Below are positions 1-8,284 of a DNA stretch of 24,883 bases, in pieces. The DNA is taken from contig PSLL01000001.1 of NCBI GenBank assembly GCA_040289575.1, positions 64,919 to 89,801 on the forward strand, given 5' to 3'. Origin of the DNA: Candidatus Dadabacteria bacterium. GTDB lineage: Bacteria; Desulfobacterota_D; UBA1144; Nemesobacterales; CSP1-2. Every line of letters starts with the position of its first letter. Within the stretch, counting starts at the first letter, position 1. Position numbers and translations under genes: made by a program. Below the pieces are notes generated by a model. The model ran no database searches and was not told where the DNA came from. It saw only the letters and a list, made by a program, of their open reading frames with translations.

Positions 1-126
1 TTCGCTCGCCTCTACTCTTACGTCTATGTAGTCACAGTCTTTGAGTTTCTTTTGAGATTCTAAAACGAGATTATAAATTCGTTCTTTTATCTCCTCGATT
101 GATTCAACTGTGATTCTATCCGCCAC
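1..126 (-). CDS. N-terminus of a probable TldD/PmbA-family protein (runs off window edge)
   Basis: Manual translation from GTG at 126 after a GGAGG SD: MADRITVESIEEIKERIYNLVLESQKKLKDCDYIDVRVEASE. 'DYIDVRVE' resembles the TldD/PmbA N-terminal strand. Only 42 codons are visible. Confidence 0.55.
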   Translation of the reverse strand, partial: MADRITVESIEEIKERIYNLVLESQKKLKDCDYIDVRVEASE

Positions 127-263
127 TGCTTTATCCTCCGATTTATAATTAACCGATTATTCTCTGATAATTGTAGGAACGCATTGCAACTTGTCCTTAA
201 TTATAGAAGGCTGGATTTTAATAATAACACAGAGTTAAATAAATGACCGAGCGACATTTTTTC

Positions 264-293
264 TTGACGATGAGTTATCCTTCGTGTGATAAT
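264..293 (+). promoter_or_regulatory. Putative sigma70 promoter for the 346..855 gene
   Basis: TTGACG (264-269), 18 nt, GATAAT (288-293) with an extended -10 TG. Confidence 0.4.
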
Positions 294-345
294 TGTGTCG
301 AAAAGGATTTACACATTAAAATAATCTCATATAGGGCAGGTAACT

Positions 346-855
346 ATGGTTCACACTTTAAGGGCACATTCAGCGAGGTTGCTGGTTTTATCTGTTCTAA
401 TCATTGTTGCATGTGGCGGTTTGGAGCAAACTTCTTCTAGTGCAGATTTTTCTCCTACCCCTAAGGCGTTGGAAGATAAAGACATCCTATCAATCTGTAT
501 TGAGCATAAAAATCTTGCGTTTCATATACACATGACTTTAGAGATATATATCTTGAATAAAAAACAGGTTATCCCTAAGAACACTGGGATTTCCAGAGAG
601 TGTATGCATGTCATACATACCCATGATAAAACCGGGAAATTGCACATCGAATCGCCTTATTATCACCAATTTCATTTAAAAGATTTTTTTATAATATGGG
701 GCAAAACCTTCAACAGGAATTGTATCTTTCAATATTGCGTTGATGAAAACCATACCCTCTCGTTTTTTGTCAACGGAGTTGAAAATGACGATTATGAAAA
801 CCTGCCATTAAGAGACGGCGATGTAATACGTATTGTTTATAGCGAGAAGAAATAA
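346..855 (+). CDS. Uncharacterised His/Cys-motif lipoprotein
   Basis: Signal peptide with lipobox-like IIVA-C. Motifs FHIHMTL and CMHVIHTHDKTGKLHIES. C-terminal 'VNG...L.DGDVI.I.Y' beta-grasp-like ending. Confidence 0.75.
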   Translation: MVHTLRAHSARLLVLSVLIIVACGGLEQTSSSADFSPTPKALEDKDILSICIEHKNLAFHIHMTLEIYILNKKQVIPKNTGISRECMHVIHTHDKTGKLHIESPYYHQFHLKDFFIIWGKTFNRNCIFQYCVDENHTLSFFVNGVENDDYENLPLRDGDVIRIVYSEKK

Positions 856-863
856 CGCGGTCC

Positions 864-1855
864 CTACTTGGTTGCCAAAATAAGCGGCGAGGGGGTAGGG
901 GCTTCGATTGTTGTAACCTTCTTAAACCCCGCTTTCTTGAGCCAATCGCGGTACTCACGCATCGTAAACACGTCTCCATTTTCCGTGTGGAGGAGCATAT
1001 TGATGCCAAAGAGGAGAGGTATTAGTGGACCCGTTCGGCTGTCATTTGGCACCATTTCAGCAATTAGAAGCAGTCCGCCGCCTTTTAATGCCCGGTATGA
1101 TTTCCTGATGAGCCTCTCGCCCCATATCCTGCCTTCGGAATGGATGATCTGGCCGAGCGTTACAAGGTCGTAGCGATTGTGTCCAAAATCTACCTCACGC
1201 ATATTACCTTCAATATAATCGTATCTCTCGGCCATCCCGAACCGCTCTGTAAACTGCCGAGTAATCCGAGTGACCTCCGGGAAATCAACGACCGTTACAC
1301 GCGCTTCGGGTATGGCTTCTGCAAACGCAATAGACCATGCGCCTGAACCCGCCGCAACGTCAAGTATACTCCTGATGTGCCTGCGTGCTTCTTCATACAG
1401 GGCAGAGACGGCGGCGCGCGCCAAAGCTTAGGGGAAAAAGCCCAGCGACGAGCTTAGGAAAAAAACTCGCGTCCCTCTTCTTCCTTATCAACGGTGTTAA
1501 CCGGATGGCCGCTTCTCACAGCATCTGTAAGATGCGACCACATCTCCCAGCCGAGCTTTGTTATGTAAGCCATTCCGCCTATGTACGATTTTCTGTCTCG
1601 AACGAGAAAGGTTTTAGATATTGACTCCAAACTGTACCTATCGCCCTTTTTATTTAGATACCCAAGGCCGACCAAAGCGTCGAGTAGACGCCTGGTGCCG
1701 TGCTCCGATGACGACGCAGAACGGGCGATCTCCTTTGGGGTGTGTTTGCCATTCGCGATATGAGTAAAGAGGTCGAGTTCAACAGCGGCTACAACCGCCT
1801 GCGCTCTCCAACCTGCCCACAGGTCTTCTATTATCCTTTGTGGCGTCACTTTCAT
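864..1855 (-). pseudogene. SAM-dependent O-methyltransferase (dimerisation/wHTH domain + methyltransferase_2 domain), frameshifted
   Basis: ORF 1454..1855 is the dimerisation domain (AAVELDLFT...RRLLDALVGLGYL). ORF 864..1424 is the catalytic domain (ILDVAAGSG, VVDFPEV, IIHS, LKGGGLLLIAE). Removing one A from the A7 run (1459-1465) gives EFFPKLVAGLFPLSFG, and a second shift near 1415-1424 is needed to join the halves. Confidence 0.85.
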
Positions 1856-2140
1856 TTGAGTTGCTGATCGCCTTGTTATTGTTTAATTACCTCAATTCAG
1901 AATTTAAGATAAATAAAATTGATGCACAGTTGCTACGCAGACTCTGTTTTTAGCCTGCGTTTATGGAGCGTCTACGTATAAACGTTATTTATTATTTTGT
2001 CAAGGAGAAATACCTCTCCAATCCATAATTCGGTGTGTTATTATATTACCTCTTTTAATTAGGGGTAGCCTCATAGAGGTAATTAAATGATGTCCGTTCC
2101 TATGATATGGCTTCTAATACACTAGCGTGGAGGTATGGGT

Positions 2141-2704
2141 ATGGGATTTTTGGGAAGGATTTTTGGATCAAAAGAAAAGAGGCAGGAAAAACCAGCGGAG
2201 ACGGTAGGGGATTTAGAATCGGAACCTGTAGAAGAGGAATTGATCGAGACTATGCAGTCGGAGCCTATAATAGAGGAGAAATCGGAGTTCATAGAGGAAA
2301 AACATGAGTCTATGGAGAATGAGTATAAACCTGCAGAGACCGCACCTGAGTCTCCTCAGCCAGGCGCTTCTTATGAAGAGGAGAGAGACCCATTTATCAA
2401 CCTTGGCGGTGAAGAAGTGATTTCAGATATAATTGCGGGGAGATTTCAGGTTTTGGATGTGAGAACCCCACGCGAATATAAATCTCACCATATACTCGGT
2501 TCAACGCTTATACCTTTGCAACAATTAGATACTAGATACACCGAACTCGACCCGTCTCGTGAAATACTGGTCGTCTGTGAACACGGGATTCGCAGTCAGG
2601 ATGCCTGTCTTTTTCTCAGTGAAATGGGATTCAAGCGGCTTTATCATCTCATCGGCGGGTTGAGTGCTTATAGAGAGCCGCAAGAAGGAGAAAGATTTGA
2701 GTAG
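2141..2704 (+). CDS. Rhodanese-domain sulfurtransferase with long acidic N-terminal extension
   Basis: LDVRTPREY, HILGS, active-site loop CEHGIRS, LIGGLSAY. GGAGGT abuts ATG 2135 and lies 6 nt before ATG 2141, so 2141 is the preferred start. Confidence 0.9.
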   Translation: MGFLGRIFGSKEKRQEKPAETVGDLESEPVEEELIETMQSEPIIEEKSEFIEEKHESMENEYKPAETAPESPQPGASYEEERDPFINLGGEEVISDIIAGRFQVLDVRTPREYKSHHILGSTLIPLQQLDTRYTELDPSREILVVCEHGIRSQDACLFLSEMGFKRLYHLIGGLSAYREPQEGERFE

Positions 2705-2705
2705 T

Positions 2706-2723
2706 GGCACATTGCAAAGTGCC
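2706..2723. terminator. Short hairpin between convergent genes, possible terminator
   Basis: GGCAC-attgcaaa-GTGCC between the stops at 2704 (+) and 2733 (-). No strong U-tract. Confidence 0.3.
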
Positions 2724-2732
2724 CTAATGCTG

Positions 2733-3005
2733 TTACTTCTTTTTCAATTCCTCGCAAAACTTCTTTCCGCTTTCGGTAATCTCCCACACAGTCACAGGAT
2801 ATGTGTAGCTCAGATACCCAGAGCGCATCAGGTCCATTCCTGCCCACTCTGCCCTATCTTTCCACTTGGGATAGTTGGCAATAATGTTTTTCATCTTCTC
2901 TTCAACCCTGGGCAAGATATCCTCGACCTTCGCTTTGCCGCCGAGTTCAATAACCGATTCGAGTATTGGAACATAGAAATTCTTTAAGGGAATAGGGGGC
3001 TGCAT
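2733..3005 (-). CDS. Mrr N-terminal-like winged-helix domain (90 aa), in frame with the radical SAM ORF but with its own SD and ATG
   Basis: MQPPIP...PILESVIELGGKAKVEDILPRVEEKM...DRAEWAGMDLMRSGYL...WEITESGKKF matches the Mrr_N pattern. AAGGAGGA (3020-3013) lies 7 nt before ATG 3005. Confidence 0.7.
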   Translation of the reverse strand: MQPPIPLKNFYVPILESVIELGGKAKVEDILPRVEEKMKNIIANYPKWKDRAEWAGMDLMRSGYLSYTYPVTVWEITESGKKFCEELKKK

Positions 3006-4042
3006 TTTACTTTCCTCCTTTAAATCTCGGTTAAATACCAAACTGTGCACCTCTTCTGATTCCATAGAGAGTTTAATTTCTAACCTGTTATCTAAATCCT
3101 TTATCCAGGAAATCATCTTTCTATAAACATCGACCCTTTGGAATTTTAGATACTTATATTTACCGTCATTAGAAGGGACGAGTTCGCCGAGTAGGATTGG
3201 GCTTTCGGAGGATCTCTTCCTTATGACATCAATGAGGAGCTTATGGGGCTTAACCGTTCCAAGCGATACATAATCAATTTTCCTTGAATTGAGAACGGAA
3301 AAGATTTCATCTGCCATTTCTCTATAGTCTTTTTCCCATCCGTCATATATTATCATCGGGTCTAATCTCACACCGATTGTGTAGCCGGCCTCCTGACACC
3401 TTTTTGCCGCCATGAGCCTTTCTCTAAAGGAAGGGGCTTTATGCTCTATGGATCTTGCAATCCTCTCGGGGCTAAATGTCCATGATGGGATTATGTTTTT
3501 AGGTGGATTTTTTATTGATAGGAGGTTTCCTATGTTTGTGCTTTTTGTCCTAAACTCAATAAATCCGTCTTTGTATTTAGAGAAAAGTCGGGCGATATCC
3601 AGAGAGAATTCCGTAAGGTCGTCAAATGCCAGCGCGTCGCAGACCTCCCCCACATGGAAATACGGGTGCGGATGGGTTTTTAAAATCCCCTCGATCTTCA
3701 TTAGAATCTCATCCCGATTTATGAAAATCACAGGTACCTTGGTTTGAAAGTAATATTGGAGATAGCAGTATTCACAGTCGTACATACAGTCCATTTCATG
3801 AAAGAGATAATATTCCCCCATCTCCATTCTTCCGATGCTTTTTAAAACCTCTCCCTTTTTCTCTCCTAAAGCGAGTGAGTTTTTATCCTCCTTGGCTCTT
3901 TGAGCAAGCGTTTTTCCTCTCCTATTTTTCTGTAGTCATCTACAAACTCGATGGGAATAGGAGCGAGCTTGTATAGGATTTTCTCTTTAAAAGGATGGTA
4001 TTTTATCTTTTCTTCTATGTAGAGCTTATTCGGTTTTTGCAT
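2733..4042 (-). pseudogene. Spore photoproduct lyase (SplB)-family radical SAM protein, frameshifted near N-terminus, reading into a C-terminal Mrr_N-like domain
   Basis: CMYDCEYCYLQ radical SAM motif typical of the SplB family, plus EFRTKS and RLDPMI. ATG 4042 gives MQKPNKLYIEEKIKYHPF... and joins ORF 2733..3827 if one base is added in the T5 run at 3911-3915 (about 436 aa). Confidence 0.8.
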
Positions 4043-4061
4043 CGTTTAAATAAAGTTTACT

Positions 4062-4385
4062 TCACTCCTCAAATAGCTTTCCGAGCTTCATAGCCACCCC
4101 CATGTCTCCGGAGAGTTTCAGCTTTCCCGTCATAAATGCCACGTCCGCCCTCATTTGCTTCGTGGCAATCTTCACGAAATTCTCATCCGAGACTGTGATT
4201 GTGCAATGGGCCTCACTGTCATTTTCCCTTACACCGAGTGTGCCTTTCCTCAAATCAACTATCCATGTGCCGCCGTTGGGTCCATTGAGTACGAATTTGT
4301 ATACCGCATTTATCTGCGAGGATTCATCGGGTTTGGCGCTTATTTTTCTCTCTATCTTAGCGAATATCTCTTTCGGGGTAGCCAT
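4062..4385 (-). CDS. SCP2 sterol/lipid-binding domain protein
   Basis: YKFVLNGPNGGTWIVDL...AHCTITVS...AFMTGKLKLSGDMGVAMKL is the SCP2 signature. Start placed at MATPKEIF. Confidence 0.9.
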   Translation of the reverse strand: MATPKEIFAKIERKISAKPDESSQINAVYKFVLNGPNGGTWIVDLRKGTLGVRENDSEAHCTITVSDENFVKIATKQMRADVAFMTGKLKLSGDMGVAMKLGKLFEE

Positions 4386-4466
4386 TTTCTCAATTTGTCT
4401 CCTTTTGTAAGAATCATATTTTACCATTCACGCAATCGGGATTCTATCTATAACTAGATGATCCAT

Positions 4467-4495
4467 TTGACGATTTCTCTTTAGAAATTTAGAAT
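4467..4495 (+). promoter_or_regulatory. sigma70 promoter of mnmG
   Basis: TTGACG (4467-4472), 17 nt, TAGAAT (4490-4495), 34 nt before the ATG. Confidence 0.65.
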
Positions 4496-4529
4496 TCTCT
4501 AAACCCAATTGTAAGGGGTCGACAAAATT

Positions 4530-6440
4530 ATGGTTATTACATACCCGAAGAAATATCAGGTAATTGTAATCGGCGCTGGACATGCCGGATGCGAGGCTGT
4601 GCTTGCCGCAGCGAGGATGGGGTGTAAGACCCTTATGCTCACCGCAAATATTGACACAATCGGGCTTATGTCATGCAACCCCTCTATCGGCGGTGTAGGA
4701 AAGGGGCACCTTGTAAAGGAGATAGACGCACTGGGCGGCGAGATGGGAAAGGCAGCGGATGCGACTGCGATTCAATTCAGACGCCTCAATACGAGAAAGG
4801 GCGCTGCAGTTCAGGCAACCAGAATCCAGGCGGACAGACAGGCATACAAGCAATATATGAGGAGGGCATTGGAGTCTGAAAAAAACATAGATATAAAACA
4901 AAGGGCGGTAGAGGGGTTTCTTACCGAGGGCGGAAGGGTAGTGGGGGTCAAAACCAATCTCAGGGAGCATTTCATTGCGGATGCTGTTGTAGTTACCCCT
5001 GGCACGTTTCCAAACGGTATTATTCACATAGGGCTTACAAGAATATCTGCGGGGCGTGCGAGCGAGGCGCCTGCCCTTGGAATCTCTGATTCATTTCAGA
5101 GTCTTGGATTTAAAATCGGAAGACTAAAGACCGGAACACCGCCAAGGCTCGATGGGAGAACGATTAAATGGGATATACTTGAGCCTCAGCCTGGAGATAT
5201 TGACCCAAAGCCGTTTTCATTTTCGACTGGCAAAATCGAAAGGGAGCAGATGCCATGCTACATAACATACACAAACAGGAGAACACACGAGGTAATTAAG
5301 AACAACCTCCATAAATCCCCTCTTTATTCCGGCGTTATCAAGGGCATAGGGCCTAGGTACTGCCCTTCAATTGAAGATAAGGTTGTTAAGTTTGCCGATA
5401 AAGAGAGGCATCAGATATTCCTTGAGCCTGAAGGGGTGGGCACTTACGAGATTTATCCAAACGGGATCTCAACGAGTCTTCCTCTTGATGTTCAATATGA
5501 GTTTGTAAGAACAATTGAGGGGCTTGAGGAGGTCGAGATTATGAGGCCCGGATATGCGGTTGAATACGATTTTTCAGACCCCACTCAGCTTAAACCCACG
5601 CTTGAGACAAAGCTCGTTGAGAATCTATTTTTTGCAGGACAGATAAACGGCACCACTGGTTATGAAGAGGCCGCCTCTCAGGGGATTATCGCGGGGATAA
5701 ATGCGGCTCTACGGGTAAAGGGAGAGGGGCCTTTTATGCTAGACCGTTCAGAGGCATACATTGGAATCCTAATCGATGACCTTGTGACAAAAGGGGTGGA
5801 TGAACCGTACAGGATGTTTACGTCTCGTGCGGAGTACCGTCTGATTCTTAGGGAGGATAATGCGGACTTAAGGTTGAGGGAAAAGGGATACAGGATTGGG
5901 CTTGTAGGGGAAATGGATTTTCAGAGGTTCTTGGATAAGAGGAGGAGAATTCAGGAGGAGATGGAGAGGATTGAGAATACAAAGCTCTTTCCCGACCTCA
6001 AGACGAATGAAAAACTCGTCCAACTCGGTTCTTCACCTATTAAGAAACCGCACACTCTTAAAGAAATCCTGAGGCGTCCTGAGATTACATATAGAGAACT
6101 AGGCTTTATTGCCCCATCTCCTTCAATAGATGAGGACATCTCATCTCAGATTGAGATGGAGGTTAAGTATGAGGGATACATACGGAGACAGATGGAGCAG
6201 GTGGATAAATTCAAAAGGCTTGAGAATGTGAGAATCCCGGAGAATTTCAGCTACAATGGGATTCCTGGATTGTCTAAGGAAATAGTTCAGAAACTCTCGC
6301 GCATTCGTCCGAGTTCCCTTGGGCAGGCAAGCCGAATATCGGGAATCACCCCTGCTGCTCTTTCGGTTCTTATGGTTTATCTAAAGCGTAGAGAGATTGA
6401 AACTGAGGGGGGTTATTCCTCTCCTTCTTTGTTTTCCTGA
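4530..6440 (+). CDS. mnmG: tRNA uridine-5-carboxymethylaminomethyl(34) synthesis enzyme MnmG (GidA)
   Basis: VIGAGHAGCEA, MSCNPSIGG, RLKTGTPPRL, GPRYCPSIEDK, AGQINGTTGYEEAA, EPYRMFTSRAEYRL; 636 aa. Confidence 0.99.
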   Translation: MVITYPKKYQVIVIGAGHAGCEAVLAAARMGCKTLMLTANIDTIGLMSCNPSIGGVGKGHLVKEIDALGGEMGKAADATAIQFRRLNTRKGAAVQATRIQADRQAYKQYMRRALESEKNIDIKQRAVEGFLTEGGRVVGVKTNLREHFIADAVVVTPGTFPNGIIHIGLTRISAGRASEAPALGISDSFQSLGFKIGRLKTGTPPRLDGRTIKWDILEPQPGDIDPKPFSFSTGKIEREQMPCYITYTNRRTHEVIKNNLHKSPLYSGVIKGIGPRYCPSIEDKVVKFADKERHQIFLEPEGVGTYEIYPNGISTSLPLDVQYEFVRTIEGLEEVEIMRPGYAVEYDFSDPTQLKPTLETKLVENLFFAGQINGTTGYEEAASQGIIAGINAALRVKGEGPFMLDRSEAYIGILIDDLVTKGVDEPYRMFTSRAEYRLILREDNADLRLREKGYRIGLVGEMDFQRFLDKRRRIQEEMERIENTKLFPDLKTNEKLVQLGSSPIKKPHTLKEILRRPEITYRELGFIAPSPSIDEDISSQIEMEVKYEGYIRRQMEQVDKFKRLENVRIPENFSYNGIPGLSKEIVQKLSRIRPSSLGQASRISGITPAALSVLMVYLKRREIETEGGYSSPSLFS

Positions 6441-6583
6441 TTTTCTTCATTCTCTTCTTCACTGGCTAGGTTTTTCTCTAATAGCTCGGCAACATCTTCA
6501 TAATCCCCGCCAATATATGTTGTGTCGGGATCCTCGAGCATATCCACTAAGTCTTTTATCTTCTTTCGCCCCTTTCTAGGCAT
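6413..6583 (-). CDS. Small hypothetical protein (56 aa), basic N-terminus and acidic C-terminus
   Basis: GGAGG SD 8 nt before ATG 6583: MPRKGRKKIKDLVDMLEDPDTTYIGGDYEDVAELLEKNLASEEENEENQENKEGEE. Overlaps the mnmG 3' end by 28 nt. Confidence 0.6.
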   Translation of the reverse strand: MPRKGRKKIKDLVDMLEDPDTTYIGGDYEDVAELLEKNLASEEENEENQENKEGEE

Positions 6584-6758
6584 TCTGATTTCCTCCCTCA
6601 AATTCGCATACGCTTAGATTAAACAATAGCTTCAATCCCCACGCGACGGAGTTTAAGATTTATATAACTATTTCTATCAATACCGAAAAGTATAAGTACA
6701 AGTTTTTGAAAAGCAAGTGCACCAGATTGTTGTTTGTATAGGTTAGATTAAATTTTCA

Positions 6759-6786
6759 TTGACAAAACCGAGGTACTCCGTAAATT
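6759..6786 (+). promoter_or_regulatory. Putative sigma70 promoter upstream of the lipoprotein gene
   Basis: TTGACA (6759-6764), 16 nt, TAAATT (6781-6786). Confidence 0.45.
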
Positions 6787-7007
6787 GATAGGAGAAAATG
6801 ATCGGACAGAGTGGAAGACGGCTTTTTGAGCTAGGGTTTAAAGATCAGACAGGAATGTCTGATGGCTCTCTATGAGACTGGTTGATTATATTTGTATGAT
6901 CTATGAACAGGAAAATAGGCACAACGGTTGGTTATACCTATTCCTTATTCTTCAAGGCTCTATATCAAGTTCGCTTTAAGGATAATGCCGATAGAAGGAG
7001 GATGGTC

Positions 7008-7955
7008 ATGGAAAAGTCAGCAAGATTTATATCGCTTTTTTTAATGCTAACACTCGCTGTTTCAATAGCCCTCTTAGGCTGTGGCGGAGGCGGTGGTCAG
7101 GCAAGCACCATACGCGGAGCGGTAACCAATGTTACGGCAATGGTTCCGATAAAGGAAAAGACATCTATGCTCGCTCGAATTGGTGAACTCTTTAGTCTCT
7201 CAACGGCAGCAAGTGCTCAGGGCTCCGGAGTTGCTTGAATTAAAGTCATAGCCCAAGAAAATGGAAAGGATGTTGACGAAGATATAACAGACTCACAGGG
7301 TAATTTCACGTTGAATGTTCCTTCAGGTAATGTGACCTTGATCTTTACCAACTTCAATGCTTCTACAACGGTCATCACACCGGAAGATGGCACTCTTACT
7401 ATAGTCGTAGCCCTTCAGCCGAATCAGGTTGTAGTTCAGGATATGGGGGGTCAGGGTACCATCCGTTGTGAAACTGGGGATATTTCGTTTGCGCAAACAA
7501 GCCTCACGATCAATGGAGAGGGGAGGGATTGCATAAGCATTCGAGGAAACTGTAGTATCACTATTCCTGGTGATATAACTCTCACTGACTGCCAAAGGTG
7601 TATTAACGCTGAGGGCGGAGCCAATCTGACTCTCGGAGTTATTAGCTGTGATGCTAATGGAGACGGTATTGACACGGCGGGTAACACTAGTGTTATCATA
7701 TCCGGCAGTGGTATTGTCACCATTTCAGCTAAAGGAAGCGGCATTAGTGCCACAGGTACATCGGATGTTAGCATGGATATAAATGGTGGGATTAGCATCG
7801 TAGGTGTGCAGGATGGCATTAAGGCTAAGGGGAATTCACAGGTTACTTTGAATCCTGTTGGCCAATGCACAGTCGGTGGAAAGAATAATCCCGTTCAGAT
7901 AGAGGGTAATGCAATGGTAAGTACCGGTAGCTGTATCCTTGCTTTGCTCCCATAG
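7008..7955 (+). pseudogene. Surface lipoprotein (carboxypeptidase-regulatory-like domain + parallel beta-helix-like repeats) interrupted by an in-frame TGA
   Basis: AGGAGG SD then ATG 7008, lipobox ALLG-C followed by GGGGG. ORFs 6903..7238 and 7311..7955 share a frame: GSGVA*IKVIAQENGKDVDEDITDSQGNFTLNVPSGNVTL. C-terminal repeats GDGIDTAG / GSGISATG / QDGIKAKG. Confidence 0.75.
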
Positions 7956-7981
7956 AAATGCTAGGAATTGAGGATCTCGGC

Positions 7982-8010
7982 TGTCATTCTGAGCTGAGGG
8001 TGAAGAATCT
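7982..8010 (+). repeat. Half-copy of a REP-like intergenic repeat (TGTCATTCTGAGC...GAAGAATCT type)
   Basis: TGTCATTCTGAGCTGAGGGTGAAGAATCT just after the stop at 7955. It resembles a widespread miniature palindromic repeat family (from memory). Single copy in the window. Confidence 0.5.
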
Positions 8011-8157
8011 TCTCCGTGCAAAATGTCTACATTTTTAATCAACAAACACCCGGATTTTATGTTATATTTTCCACAGAGTTTTTATATAACTTTAGGAAGA
8101 TTTTTTAACCCACTGATATTACTTGATTTTCTTTAAAAAATATTGAAAAATTCCCTC

Positions 8158-8186
8158 TTGACAGGCACAATATATTGTGGTTCAAT
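8158..8186 (+). promoter_or_regulatory. sigma70 promoter of nrdJ
   Basis: TTGACA (8158-8163), 17 nt, TTCAAT (8181-8186) with an extended -10 TG. The spacer is occupied by NrdR box 1. Confidence 0.65.
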
Positions 8187-8211
8187 CTGGGTACAGCACA
8201 ATATAGGGGCA
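8165..8211 (+). promoter_or_regulatory. Tandem NrdR boxes
   Basis: GCACAATATATTGTGG (8165-8180, perfect palindromic core) and GCACAATATAGGGGCA (8196-8211), 31 bp apart. Both match the acaCwAtATaTwGtg consensus and the canonical spacing upstream of an RNR gene. Confidence 0.9.
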
Positions 8212-8284
8212 TAGATTTTAGCTTAGAATTATCATAAGTAATTGAAGATAGATAGAACAAAACATAAAAAAGGAGGAGGGAGAG

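Noticed and set aside
2733..3005. Functional Mrr restriction system
   Set aside because: Only the N-terminal winged-helix domain is present, with no PD-(D/E)xK nuclease domain nearby.
7236..7300. Selenocysteine at the in-frame UGA
   Set aside because: No obvious SECIS-like hairpin just downstream, and the context is not a redox motif.
8050..8284. Cobalamin riboswitch upstream of the B12-dependent RNR
   Set aside because: The leader is short and AT-rich with no B12-box-like sequence. NrdR boxes explain the region.
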